Shown in pieces: positions 11,705-26,110 of a DNA stretch of 64,000 bases. Each line of letters opens with the position of its first letter. Positions within the stretch are counted from its first letter, which is position 1. Position numbers and translations under genes: made by a program. Under the pieces are notes generated by a model, which was given only the letters and a program-made list of their open reading frames with translations, ran no database searches and had not been told where the DNA came from. Source of the stretch: Mytilus californianus (Eukaryota); NCBI RefSeq assembly GCF_021869535.1, contig NW_026262723.1, positions 74,276,001 to 74,340,000 on the forward strand. Direction: 5' to 3'.

Positions 11705-14324
11705 TTAAGGAGTTGGTGCGCAGAGGTAGTCTCCGGGAAGAAGCCCTCTTTTAACGACAGATGATGTAGTTGTGTATGGAAAACGTGTACATTTAAGACC
11801 ACTTCCACAGCTACAGTGTCCGTTCACTTTGGAAAATGGACTACACCGTGCTCCTTGAACGAGATATTTCTCACACCAACCACCTGAAAGAAAATATATA
11901 TCTTGAATATGTTATATCAAGAGGTAAAGTTCTTATATGAAACAAGAAGATAGTTAATGGTGGATTAATTATTGCTTACTTAATGTCAAGTCGAGCAGGA
12001 TGTTTGCAATTTAAATTACATTGCTTTGAACACAAATGGAAATAATAGAAAAAAATCTCATATTAGAATTTCTCATGGCAAAGTACAGACAAAAATGTAT
12101 AGCCACCGGACGAATTTTCTTTTTCCATTGTAAATGTTTGTTTCCTTGAAGTTTCTTTTGTTCCTTTTTACGGAGTATTCCTTTCTTAATTGTGATAACT
12201 GCGCGAGTGTTTTCACTGGCGTCTAAGGTTTCAATGAAAGTGGGATTTGTCTTTATCAATAGTTTGTTTACAACAGGTTTATATAGAACATAATTGGATA
12301 AAACAAGTTTTACTTAATTTTATACTTTATATTGATATTTATTGAGGAAGTATGGTTCAACCTGCAGGAATTCATTAGCAAAAGTATGATACAATACCGA
12401 AATCCGCGAGCAAAGCATGTGCCTCCGTAACATTCCCCAATCCTCCCAGTATATACGCTCGTTAAAGAGTATAATTTCACACAAAGCTTTTCGAGGTTAT
12501 ATCATTTATAACGCAAACAAGTTTCAAAATGCTCTTTGGTCTATATTTCGTATTGGATAATTAAACTTTTATTATTCAAACATTGCCTCTTATATTTTCG
12601 TGTTTTACTTCAATTCCCTTATTTATAGTTTAAAATAAGATTCAATGTGTCTTTTGTTTTCTGGTATTAAAATGTCATACAGATCAGAGACACTCTTGGC
12701 ATTGCTCAGGATCCTATATTTTTATGACATTGCTTTCTGAAGTCCTGAGGCCCCGATAAAGTACTACAGCCGAAACTACAATGTAAGACTACATGACTTC
12801 TTATTAGCCAGCAAAGGAGTTTGAACTTGCTTCAAGTAACATTGAGCATTCTGTAAAACGGTGATGTTTATGATTGTTTTCGTGTTTTGTTAGCTTTATA
12901 TTATACCGTTGTTATACAGTTAAGTGCTTTTTCTGTACTTATTTATTTATAGCTCTATTATGTACCTTTTTATAATCCACTGATCGAGATTTAAAGGGGG
13001 GGGGGAGTTGAAAACTAAACAAAATATACTTTTACAAATCCTCATGTTTATATGCCTGTCCAAATGCAAGTAATCAGTGGTTGTCTGTACAACAAGAAGA
13101 TGTCGTGTGATTGCCAATGAGACAACTCTCCACAAGAGACCAAATTACGTAGTATATCTAAATAAATTTTAGGGTGTGAATGGTAGACAATTGATTTTAT
13201 TCACAACTTTTCTATAATAAACTCTGGACGATTTAGAGCTTGATCAAATTGTAGTATAGGCCTTTCGAAGTCTTGTGATTGTTTTAGTCTTGAGTTGCTG
13301 TCTCATGTATGTCTCACATCTTGGTTTATTTGTACGATAAAACTTTTTTTTATTTGCCAATGCTTTTATTCATATTTGTAATCGGTTCTTTTTTTATTTA
13401 TTGAACAAGTTTTAAAATGAAATAAATATTTGTTTTTATTGATATTGAGTTACAAAATATCGGCTAATGGAAGGCGAATCTATATTCCTCCCGTGTTGCT
13501 CCATATCTCTATTTCTACCGACTCAGCTTATGGCTGAAGTTGTTTTTTACCTTGATGCATGGAATTAAATGGCAACACATCTCTCTTGCTGACAATCATA
13601 GGTCCTTCGTGATAGTAACAACATTCATCTGATGCACATTCTGAATCTTGTCTACACATTGTCTTCTGGAAAATACATATGTTGATCAATTATCGTTTGA
13701 TTTTTTAGTCAAAATTTTTTTTTTTTTTTGCTGCACTGTTAGTTGTTAGCAAATACTCCTAATACACTTACCCATATAGGTTTATCCGTGTGTACTAATT
13801 ACCAGATGAAACAAGAGATTCAAATGATCTTTTTTTTTCGAATATTATATTACAAATAAGTTAATCACATATATAATAATAAACTTTATTTGCTAATAAC
13901 GACTATACGGACCAAAGCAATACATACAAATCAATAAATCATAGATTTATAAATTATAACAATAAACATACAATTACATTGCTAAACGTTAAGCGAGCAA
14001 CAATCAATCAATCAATCAATTAATCAATCAATTATCGATATATCCGCAGTCACCTCCATTTTCTCCCTCAATGGCGGCCTAGTTTAGAAGGACCAGACTC
14101 CTCCTTCCACTCTCTAGGCCCAATGAAGTTCAGCAATATAATAAATGAATAATGCATAGAAAATTAGCCTTTTTGTAGCTTTTTGCCTTTTTGTTTTTTG
14201 CTTGTGCTCCATCCAAACTTTTTACTGTCCTGGGTCTGTCCCCGATGCTTTTAAATACTAAAGTGAAACTTACCGCATGTATTGATACAACAACCAAGGA
14301 AATGATAGTCAATTCTTTAAACAT
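11705..14324 (-). CDS. Prokineticin/astakine-like secreted peptide, copy 2 (exons 14274-14324, 13551-13665, 11705-11883)
   Basis: Same exon sizes (51/115/179 nt) and splice sites as copy 1. The protein is identical to copy 1; I saw one synonymous CCT/CCA change. Confidence 0.86.
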
Positions 14325-15321
14325 TTTCACTGCTACTCTGCTCTTGGTGAATTCTATTCTGTACAAGTTAATAGACGATATAAATTTAGCATAACAGATA
14401 GAGGTTACAATGATAAGGACGTGACACGTTTACAGTACAACAAAAGTTTATCAACGTTAATTTGAACTAATTTATTGCCTCCGATTTTGCAGTCAAGTGT
14501 TGTCTTTTTACTACGTTTTCCGTTAATAGCTTAGTTCTTCTGGATATTTTGACTTTAAAACTTTTCCAAATCAGCCCCCACATTGGACATTATGTTTATA
14601 TACTAAAGTTTGTGGAGTTTTATAGTGTTTTAGGAATGTAGCATTGGCTATATTTCTGAGCTAGAGAGTACCTTTTTAAGACTTAACAATTATTGGATTT
14701 TTTAGATTTAAAATAAAAATTCACTTGTTAGCATGTGAAAAAACTTCCCTTTTTGAATGTACCGTGGAGTTCGGTATATTGTTATACAAAGTGAGTTTTC
14801 GATTTAAAAAAATTATATTTTGAGCCCGCAAAATAATAAGTGCGTGTCTTAAAGCCAGAAGCCTCGCTTTGGTTAAATTTTCTTGTTCCCTTATATATTT
14901 ATATTTGGTGTTTAAAAAATTTAGTGTTGAGGGAAGATTTGTTCGAGCATGACTGTTTTTATAGTCACCTCATTAATGTTGAAAACTGTACATTATGATG
15001 ATTTGTCGCTGTCTCTCTATATCCCCGCTCTAGAAGTGGGACTATTTGTTAACGCCTTGTCCGTTTATTCATGCATCCATCCGTTCGATCTTTCAGACAG
15101 CTACATGTACCTGTTTACCGAATTTACCGAAAACAACAAACTATAAATGTAATGAGTCCGAAGCGCTTTTCTGGATTTAACTTCATCAGGAACGTTCAAA
15201 GCCGAATATTTGAAAGCCAAGGATGTATAAAAACCGAAACAGTTGAAGAGCAAATTTCTCCATTATCATCGAACAGTATGACATCATATTTGATCAGCAA
15301 CTTGACGGTGATGCCTTGTAA

Positions 15322-15760
15322 TATAAATAAGAAGATGTGATATGAGTGCCAATGAGACAACTATCCATCCGAGTCACAATGTGTAAAAAGTAAACAATTA
15401 TAGGTCAAAGTACGCGTACGGCCTTCAACACGGAGCCTTGGCTCACACCGAACAGCAAGCTATAAAGGGCCCCCAAAAGACTAGTGTAAAACAATTCAAA
15501 CAGGTAAACCAAGTCTAAGTCTAATCTAAATAAAAAACGAGAAACGAGAAACACTTATGAACCAAACCAACAAACGACAACCTCTTTACAACAGGCTCCT
15601 GACTTAGGACAGGTGCATAAAAATGCAGCGGGTTTAAACGTTTTAACAGGCGCCAACCTTCACCCTTACCTGAAAAAATTGGTATAACATTACAACATAA
15701 AAAGACACACAATAAAATATCAATTAAAATGGCTTAACTCGATCAAAAAGACAAATTACA
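15322..15760 (-). repeat. Family A variant pseudo-LTR
   Basis: Reverse-complement match to 5700-6100, with variant palindrome GGCGCC and variant outer stem CAGGT/GCCTG. Confidence 0.7.
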
Positions 15761-18700
15761 CAAAAACAAGTAGATATACACTAAACAAATAAGTTTGAGC
15801 TATGACACAATATAAATAAAAAAAGATGTTTCAATGTCAAAAAGACAACTTTAACCCAGGACAAAATGCCGTTAAATAAAGAAACGTACACAGATAAATT
15901 TAAATATAATAATTTTGTTGTTAGGAGTACAGAAACATTTTTTACAAAATAAATATGTTATTCATAGTACGAATACAGAAGTGATTTTTTTTCGTCATAC
16001 TAAATAATTATCAAAGGTGGTACATTTTAAAAATAGTAAGACGATATATAAAACAAAATAAACATTGATTAACAGAAATGCATTACAAATTGTGTCAACA
16101 GGTCAAATTAACACGAAAGTACGATTTGAGAGTACTCGAAGTTACTGAAACCTAGTTAAAAGCCAAAAACAATTAATAATAAAAAACATGCATCAGAGAC
16201 TAAAATCAATTAAAACACATCCAAGGCAGGGATTTAGTGTGTTAACGCCATGGAGAGTCAAAGACGACATGACTTGTGCAATGCAAAAATAAAAGTAACG
16301 ACAGGCAGTAGGATAGTTAGGATTTAACCTTATAATAAATATGTATGATGTTATGTATAGATAAAACAATTTCTAAATAGAAAATAAACGTGGATGTGTA
16401 TATATACATCACAAAAAACCATTCGAAAAGAATACACATTTAGTTATGTTTTAATTTGTTGATGACAAAATCGATGTTAGTGCCAATGAAAACAATATTC
16501 AAAGATCTTACAATGTATGAGTGCTTTTCGCAAGTTTACTTTACAACCTCCCTTCGTTTGCTGTGTATATGTTATAATGCCCCTCCTTTGATGTATATAT
16601 ATATTGGATGGTGATAACTATGATTTTATTGTACGTTGTGTTCAATTTACAATTTTACCATCAGGTTTTTTAGCTAACTTGTAGCTAATAGAGTCCTTTC
16701 GCGTAGCTTGCCGTACATTGACGATTTTTATTTGCAAGAATAATATTTATATTTTGTCAGTTGTTTTCCGATTGCATTGATATATATTATTTGTGAAATA
16801 AGAGAAGGGTAGAGAAAATAAGACAGGAAACTGCGACACAAAAAAGCATGACTTATTGGCAAATGATATCTAGAGATTGTCGTACAGTTAACATTTGCAA
16901 ACGAGATTTGTCAAGCTCTAAATTATCCAAAGTTTAAAACAGTTGTCAATGTGAATAAAATTAACATAATCTATCAAAGATCTACAACCAACAAATTATT
17001 TTAAGGACAGTTATCTGTACAATATAATTATGAATTAAGACAATGTCACACGATTTTCATAAGAGGAAATACAACGCTAATGTTTCCAAAGCATATTTTC
17101 TTAATGTATAATTATTGAAAAATGTCATGTATCCTACCGATGTCTGTAATTGGTCATAATGTCAGTTCGGTCGGACTTTGTTATTGTACTTATCACGTGA
17201 GTAAACACCGCATTGACGCACTACGCTAATACAATTAGTGCCGAGAATAAGCTTTTTCTACAATTCTAAATAAAGTGAGATTTCTAAAGATATGTTTTCA
17301 TTATAATTGTGAAGAATTGTACAACAATTTAGATTTTCTAATGGTCATTTCAAACCTGACTTTCGAATGCATAAAAAACATTCAGAACTTCAGAAAACCC
17401 CTCTTCCGGCCTCCATTGCTTTGTTTACATTTCATTACGGGTCATCGTGCTTCATGACAGAACAAACAGGCCAAGCAAATCGTATTCTAAAGAATTTCAA
17501 AATGACAAGCATCTAACGTTTTTAAGCGATTTTCCCGCGAAAAAGCACCCAAAATGAAAGAAAGTTAGATAATTACATTGGTTAAATCAACTAAGAACAC
17601 AATTTGTCAGTGCACATGTACCGTAATGCCATACTTTTGTGCAGGAAGTATGGATTAGTTTAAAAAAAAACAATTCAAACTTTAATTAGTATATTAATTG
17701 GCAAAAAAAAAACTATTTTATACACATCCTAGCTGTCTCTCTTTTTTTAAATTCAAGTTAAAACCAAGTTGAATTGACACAATTAGAGTGATTTCAAGGT
17801 AATAGAAATGAATTGAATACTATAGTAGTCCTATATGTGGTGAAATCTCCCTTATTCATCGCCAAATTTCATATTTATTAATGAATATTTCATGTAATGG
17901 CAGATTGTCAGACAATTGGTTAAATTTGATAGATTATTCTATTCATAATTTGTTTATAAAATACTTTTATGTATTTTCAGAAATTTATATATCTGATTTG
18001 AAACATTTAAAATTATTGTGTACCTTTATTTAGAAGTTATATTCCTACACTAAGTTATCTTTGTAAGCGTAATGTTTAATTAACATTTGTTATTAAGAAG
18101 AAGAAGGAGCATAAAAGGGAAGTATACATGGTAAGTCTGTGAAATTTTGTTATTCATGAAAGAGATGTAACATGCAAGATAGATTTAGTAAAAATATTTA
18201 CTTCAAAAGACCAGGTTAACAGGAACAGGAAGACAACAAAAAATTTAAGATCAAGAATATTTCTTATACTTACGATCAATCTTAGTCGTAAGTTTTTTTT
18301 TGAAACCGACTCCAGGATTGCAACACCGAGGAATCAATATTGGGAAACAATGGGTGAAATTATGTGTATGTAGGTAGTTTATGCCAGAATAGACATGGAA
18401 GAGTGTGAGTTTGATCTTCACAAAGTGGGTACTACTTGATAGCATTGGGTACATTTGTGAAAATATTTACTTTCTTCTAAGGAAGTTCCATGGGAACTGA
18501 GAAGAGGTGACACCTTTCATAGTGTACATGAGGAGAGAGTTAGTGATTGTAGATTCTAATTTGTTTGTTTCTATAATTATTATGTGTAATATATATTTTT
18601 CATGATTTAATTTTGGTCTTTACTGGTATATCAACATGCTTTCCAATCTCAGTACTTTATTTATTTAAAAAAAGAGATCAATATTCTGATTATTCATAAA

Positions 18701-21519
18701 AATTCCATTAATTTTGCTGTCAAATTTCATGTTAAATAATGAGGTTTCCGGTTAAATAAACCCCCAATTCATTGCAAACAATTTCAAAACACTATCATAC
18801 AAACAAATAACATAATTGCCTCAGACTGTAATTCCCGTAATTGGTCCTAGGGTGATTTTATTCGCCTATGCCGATCCAATGTGTCACGAGGTTTGCCGCC
18901 ATTAAAAATTGAAGGTAAACAAGCGGGGTCAGCTGCTTCAGTTTGCTACAACATTGTACATTCAGTTATTAGGAAACAATTATGAGACACCAAGCTTGAC
19001 AATACACGGTAGTAAAAAGACAAAGCTGAGTCTACAGAAAAATAAGATAAAAAAATTCCTTAAATGACCGAAGGATCCTCACGACTGGATAACGCGGAAA
19101 CTTTTGATTTGATGGTGTATGCTATCAATTCTACGTACGGTTAATGATGGGAGCTCTAGTTATTGCCAACAATACTGAAAAATCACAGTTAACAATATTC
19201 CAATTGTTGTATTGTGTATACTTTTCTTTTTGCATGCTATGGTAAAACATATATGATACATTCAAAGAAAAGAAAAAAAAGTATGCTTGGACTTTCATCT
19301 GGAAAGCATTGCAATGTTGGATAATGAATGCGATAATATATCTAACTAAAACAGGGTAAAAAAAATACAAGGAACAATGAAAAAAAACTGTTACGCTAAA
19401 GACAGACTAAGGACTTGATAATTTGATAGTTAAAATAAAACAGAAAAGACAAACAACAGTAACTTGGCTATAAACAGTACCAAAAAGGTAAGCAAATGAT
19501 TGAGTATAACAAACTGATGTGTGTTTTAAGCCTTTTTTCGTAAGCTTATCTTGTCCATTTTAGAAGTATGTGCCATTTAGATAGCAGACTTGTTCCTGCG
19601 TTATGAATCATATTTTATCATATTAATATGCCCAAACTCATTAAAAGAGCTCGATTCTTCCAAATTCCATTGAAAAAAAATCACACTTTCCCTTATCTTG
19701 ATGATATGTTTTTGCTTTATGGTTTATGGATGTTTTACCCTTTTGTTGTTTCAATGATAAGTATATGGGAATTAGAAAAACCCATAGCCTTTCTACTTGT
19801 GCTTTTATATTTCAAAAAAATGGTATTTAATCGATAAACGATTACTGCGTGCACTGTGCTCGCAACAGTTTCCCTAAAATAGGTTTTCAAATATAGATAG
19901 TAACTAGAAACAAGTACAACTATGGACATGTTCAATTACACCTTCTAGGACGCGCTTAACCTTAGTGACTCAGCGCAGTGATTGTTGGATTGGAAAGGTT
20001 GTTTAGGACTGTTTGTAAAATATTAACACTAGTGTAACATTAACAAACGAATAAGTAATATGTATTTAAAAAGTTAAAACGAGAATTTCTATAATACAGT
20101 CTGGATTTCCTGTAAAATACTTGGCTTTATTTACCACGAAATCCCAATTTTCCTAATATAAGGAATATTCCTTTTGTGAACGGTGTTTCCCTTTGATATA
20201 AGTACAAAATGTCAAGCTTCTTTTAATCAGTATCTTAACTGTTTCGATTTTATAGCACTTTATAAATTTCGTAATACACAGGCCTTCAAAAGGTTCAAGG
20301 GGTAATAAACCTTAAATAATAAAGAGTTTTCTAGATGTACTTAAAATGTTGAAAACAACGGGAACAAACTTTTAAGAAAAAGCGAACAGCAATAGTTTTA
20401 TTGGCATATTGCTGTTGTACCAGGGAGATTCCTCTTAAACATTTACGCTGAAAGAGATTATTAGTCGTGCTCTGCTGTTAAGTTCCCTTTGCTTTTGGGC
20501 AGCGAGTTTTTTTTTTTAATTCCAACCGCATGGGTTAACTGAAGTACAAAAATATGGTAATTCCCATTCGATAGCATTACCCGAGTGCCTTGATTTTGTG
20601 AGTGTCCGTTACCCCGCTTACGGGATGTATAAATACACAGTCACGTAAGAGCGGGACAATTCGATGCTACGAGTAGGGTGAGTGTCACGCTATTTGTACA
20701 ACAAAGAAGTATTGCAACAACTTCTATTTTTTTTATTGTTCTAATGTTGTGCTGTTCCACTGTTGTTTGACAAAGTGTTGAGCGTTCCAAAACACGTTTA
20801 ACGCCGTCAAATTCTTTATGTACTAGTCTCAAGTAGGTGGTTATGGTCCGTAACTATTTTTCGTTTAATGTTATTAAAGGAATCAAGTCCGTTCATTTTC
20901 TTTTTTGAATTGTTTCATATTTTGTGATTACAGAATCTTGCTATACGGTCATTAAGACTTGTTCTTTGGTGGATGGTTCTCACTTTGGAAATCATACCAC
21001 ACCTCCAATTTCTATTTGCATCAAAACTAAATCTATGCTCCGTTTCCTTTACTTTTGTTTATGGTGGAGGAATAGGGCTATTCAAATATTGATCAATTGT
21101 TGCGTTGTTTGGTTTGGCTTCTTGTAATTCTTTTCAATGATCTGTTTTGTTTGAACTCTTGTTAAATTGCTGCCCAAATATAAGAATATAAGAACATTTT
21201 TAACTTGCATTAGCTTTTTTGTTAATTGTTTTGAAATGGACAATTAAACTCCAAATTGGCGCCAAGAAAAAAATGAGATAATTTGCAGAAGGTGTTGTGT
21301 TTTAAAGATTAATTTAGTTCGTGAAGATGATTTCAGAATTTAGACATTGGATTTTCGCCATTATACATAGAGAATTTTAAGAATAAAATCATTCTTAGCA
21401 AACCTATGCAGTTGTGTTGAAACTGTCAAACGTTTACTATATTTTTAAAAGTTAAAGATCAGTATCTTTAAACGCTAATATATGAAATAACCAATAGTAT
21501 CTTTAAGTTTTATTCCTGT

Positions 21520-24272
21520 TTACGGAGTTGGTGAGCAGAGGTAATCTCCTGGAAGAAGTTTTCTTTTAACGACTGATGATGTAGTTGTGTATGGAAAACG
21601 TGTACATTTAAGACCACTTCCACAGCTACAGTGGCCGTTCAATTTGGAAAAAGGATTACACCGTGCTCCTTGAGCGAGATATTTCTCACACCAACCACCT
21701 GAAAGAAAATATATATCTTGAATATTTTATATCCAGAGGTAAAATAGTTATTGGTGGATTAATTATTGCTTACTTAATGCCAAGCCGAGCAGGATATTTG
21801 AAATTTAAATAACATTGCTTTTAACTCAAATTGAAAAAAAAACATCATATTAGAATTTTTCATGACAAGGTACACACCAAAATGTACAACAACAGGACGA
21901 TTTTTCTTTTTCAATTGTGAATGTTTGTTTCCTTGATGGTAATTTTTCGTTGGTGCCTTTTTATGGAGTATTCCTTTCTCAATTGTGATAAATACGCGAG
22001 TGTTTTCAATGGCGTCTCAAGATTTGATGAAGGTAGTATTTGTCTTTATTAATTGTTTGTTTACAACAGGAGTACATAGAACACAAATAAGTAAAACAAG
22101 TTTTACAAGTCTTAGATTTTAGAACTTACATTGAGAAAGTATGGTTCCGCCTGCAGCAATTCGTTAAAAATTGTATAATGTATTACCGGAATTCGCGAGG
22201 AAAGCATGTGCCTTCGGAATACAACCCCGCAGATGCGCTTATTAAAGCGTATAACTTCACACAAAGCTTTTCGCGGTAATATTATTTATAACAAGTTTCA
22301 AAATGTACTTTGCATGTTATATTACATCTTCTTATTTTTATATTTGGCCAATATTTCGTTTTGGCAAATACATGTAAGAATTTTATTGTTCAATCATTGC
22401 AGATGGTATTCGTGTTTTACATCAATTTACTCATATATATTGATAGTTTAAAACCGGACTAAATGTTTCTTTTGTTTTCTAATATTGAAATGTTATACAG
22501 ATCAGATACAATTTTGGCAATTGCTTAGTATTCCTGTATGTTTTATAACCTTGCTTTATAAAGTCTTGAGGCTTCTCTAAAGTACAACAGCCGAAACTTC
22601 AATGTAACGCTACATGATTTATTATCACAAGGTAAGGCATTTTGAGCTTGCTTCAAGTAACATCGATCATTTCCCAATACATGGATGTTTCTTATTTTTT
22701 TTTGTGTTTTTGTTATCTGTTATACCGTTATTATAGAGTTCAGTGCTTATTTTATAGTAGTAACTACGTTCTATTTCGTACCTTTATTAATCCACAGATA
22801 CAAAATGTACAGATTCGGGGGAGTTAAGAACTTAACAAAATATACTTTTACATATCCACATATTTATGTGACTGTCCCAATACAAGTACGCAGTGCTTGT
22901 ATTTATAAAGATAAGAAAATGTGGTATGATTGCCAATGAGATAACTCTCCACCAGAGACCAAATGATGTAGTATATCTATTAAATAAATTTGTCATTCAG
23001 GGTGTGGATGGTAGAAAAACCTATTTTATTCACAACTTTCCTAAGGACTCTAGACGATCTAGAGCTTGATGTATAAGTATGTTGACCTCTCGAAGTCTTT
23101 TGGAATGATAATGAAATTCTATGCGACTGTCATGCAAGTGAGAGGTCAATTAGCTAGCTTTAAAACCAGGTTTAATCCACCATTTCTACATAAGGAAACG
23201 CCTGTACCAAGTCAGGAATATGACAGTTGTTTTCCATTTTAGATGTGTTTGAACTTTTTATTTTGCTATTTTATAAAGGACTTTCCGTTTGGAATTTCCC
23301 TTGGAGTTCGGTATTATTGATATTTTACTTTTGAATGTTTTAGTCGTTGCCCTGGGTTGCCGTCTAATGTATATCTCGCATCTGCTTTTATTATATTTGT
23401 TCCAGGTTCTTTGTTTAACTGTTTGAACATTTGTTTTTAAATGAAATGAATATTTGGTTTTATTGATATCGAGTAAAAAAAATCGGCTGAAGGATGGCGA
23501 ATCTATAATTCTCCCGCATTGCACCATATCTCCATATATACCGACTCAGCTTACAGCTGAAGTACTTATGTACCTTGATGCATGGAATTAAATGGCAACA
23601 CATCTCTCTTGCTGACAATCATAGGTCCTTCGTGATAGTAACAACATTCATCTGATGCACATTCTGAATCGAGTCTACACATCGTCTTCTGGAAGAAAAA
23701 AAAACACATGTTAATCAATAACTGTTTGATTATTTTTGCAACTATAATTCTTTTGTGCACTTTTAGTTGTATACAAATACCCTTATTACGCTAATCCATA
23801 TAGGATTATCCTTGTGTACTAATTACTAGATGCATTAAGAGATTCAAATGATTTTTTTTTCGAATATTGTATTACAAATAAGTTACATATATGATAATAA
23901 ACTTTATTTGCTAATCAATACGGACCAAAGCAATACATACAAATCAACAAATCATAGATTTATAAATTATAACAAGGACAGACAATCAATCCACAGCCAC
24001 CTCCCTTTTTCTTCCTCAATCGCGGTTTAGAAGGACCTGACCCCTCAATCCACTCTCCAGACCAATTAAGTCACAGTCAGCGATATGATTAATCAATAAT
24101 GCATAGACAATTAATCTTTTTTGTAGCTTTTTGCCTTTTTGTTTTTGGCTTGAGTCCCATCCAAACTGTTTACTGTCCTGGGTCTGTCCCCGATGCTTTT
24201 AAATACTAAATTGAAACTTACCGCATGTATTGATACAACAACCAAGGAAATGATAGTAAATTCTTTAATCAT
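21520..24272 (-). CDS. Prokineticin/astakine-like secreted peptide, copy 3, diverged paralog (exons 24222-24272, 23574-23688, 21520-21698)
   Basis: Intact splice sites give MIKEFTIISLVVVSIHA-KTMCRLDSECASDECCYYHEGPMIVSKRDVLPFNSMHQGGWCEKYLAQGARCNPFSKLNGHCSCGSGLKCTRFPYTTTSSVVKRKLLPGDYLCSPTP*. There are 8 aa changes versus copy 1. All 10 Cys, both KR sites and the AATAAA (21509-21514) are kept. Confidence 0.88.
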
Positions 24273-26046
24273 TTTCACTCTACTCTGCTCTTAATTAATG
24301 AATTATATTCTGTACAAGTTAATAGACGATATAAATTTAGCATAACAGATAGAGGTTACAATGATAAGGACGTGACACGTTTACAGTACAACAAAAGTTT
24401 ATCAGCATTAATTTGAACTTCCGATTTTGCAATCGTGTTGTCTATTTACTACGTTTTCCGTGAATAGCTTAGTTCTTCTGGATATTTTGTCTTTAAAAAA
24501 TTTCCAATTCAGCCCCCACATTGGACATTATGTTTATATGCTAAAGTTTAGAGAATTTTATAGTGTTTTAAAAATAATTAAGTAGCATTGGCTTTTTCTG
24601 AGAGAGCACCTTTTTAAGACCATTTTACCCACAAAACCTATTCAAATTAGAAAATCTATTGGATTAATTAGATTTAAAAAAAAAATTCACATATTATGAT
24701 AAGCAATGACGTCAATTTGTTTGAACGGTAGTGGGGTATTGGTAGATATTGTGAAAGGGCACTTTCGTTAATAAAATTTCCATTACTGTTTAATTTTAAT
24801 TATGTATAGAACTCTCTAATATTATATTTTAAGGAGCCTTTTAACATGTAGAAGATCGAAGTTTCCTTGCGGCAGCAATATGAGACAATTGGGTCATCTA
24901 CTCATTCTTAAAAGAGGTTCGTTTAAACAGTATTTAACGAAAATGCTATTCAAATGGAATGAGGCATGATTTTATTCGAACTTTTGTCAATATTTTACGA
25001 AATTTCCTATTTCAAGAATTGGCTAACTAAATATCATTGTTATACACATATTTTTTTTTATGTACATTCACGTTCCTACACATATAGCGCCGATGGCCAA
25101 AATGGTACCAGTTGGTCTAAAGGGAAGAACCGGTCGCGTACGGACAGAAAAGCAATATTGCTCTTTTTCAAAATCAAGGCAAAATCTTTTCAAATTGTTC
25201 AAATGATAGCATCAATAACCATATAATAGTTCCCACTGAAGCCTGAGGAATTATATTTGTATCATCTTCTCCGAAACTGAGCGGACAACAGTAAAGGTTA
25301 TACAATTAATACTAACCTAAATTCCTGCCGAACTAAGCATACGTGTATCTGTAAAGGAGAACCTTTTAAAATATTCGTCATCTTGTTTAAATCAGTTTAG
25401 TAAGATAAGCGCCATAAAATATTCTTAATTCTAAGTCGATTTCCATTGAAACCTGATAGTCTTTTTTAACCAAAAATAATTATTTAGTTTGCCGATGCAC
25501 TCTTTGAAAATTAATGCTGAAGATGTGCATTTTTGATATCTAGTAGTTTCAAATAATAGTTTAACAATTTGATCACGATTAGCTATTAAAACAAAACGTT
25601 CAAATATTAGTATTTTCCAATTCATCGAATTCTACAGTAAACTATAAATAAAATAAGATAATGCCATATTAATATGTTCGTGATTATAAGAATAAAAGCA
25701 TCCCATCTATAATTTTTTTCCTTATTTCAAAAATCAATGTCTGCATTCGTCTGAAAAAAAAACATAAATTTGCAATGAAAAATAACAACATTAAAAATTA
25801 AAACCGAAGCTGAAATGCTGATTTGTTAATTTAATGGATGTTTTACATTTCAGTAGATGCGCGCATAGAAACATTGATTTAATTCATTTCAATTTACACA
25901 GATATAAATCGAATTTGAGAACAGAGATTATTCTTTGATCTGATGATTAAGTCATAATGCCGATTTATGAGAGTTTTGTTATTTTACTAATATCTCAAAT
26001 GTAAAATAGCGTTTATTGAATTTAAACAAGACATTTTACTCTACAC

Positions 26047-26110
26047 ATGAAGCACAGATTAGGAATGGATTGTTTAGTACTTCTTTTCCTACAGTACATT
26101 TGTTTTACGG
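26047..26110 (+). CDS. Polycystin-like gene exon 1 (signal peptide)
   Basis: Encodes MKHRLGMDCLVLLFLQYICFT plus G, then a GTATGT donor in phase 1. It joins exon 2 to give ...FTVVNG|LTLD, a plausible signal-peptidase site. Too short for the ORF track. Confidence 0.65.

Noticed and set aside
17150-19150. Possible exon or transposase remnants (e.g. EVPWELRRGDTFHSVHEERVSDCRF near 18480)
   Set aside because: I found no continuous frame, recognisable domain or terminal repeats.
24966-25625. Short ORFs in the intergenic region between the divergent genes
   Set aside because: There are frequent stops in all frames, no recognisable motif and no consistent splice structure.
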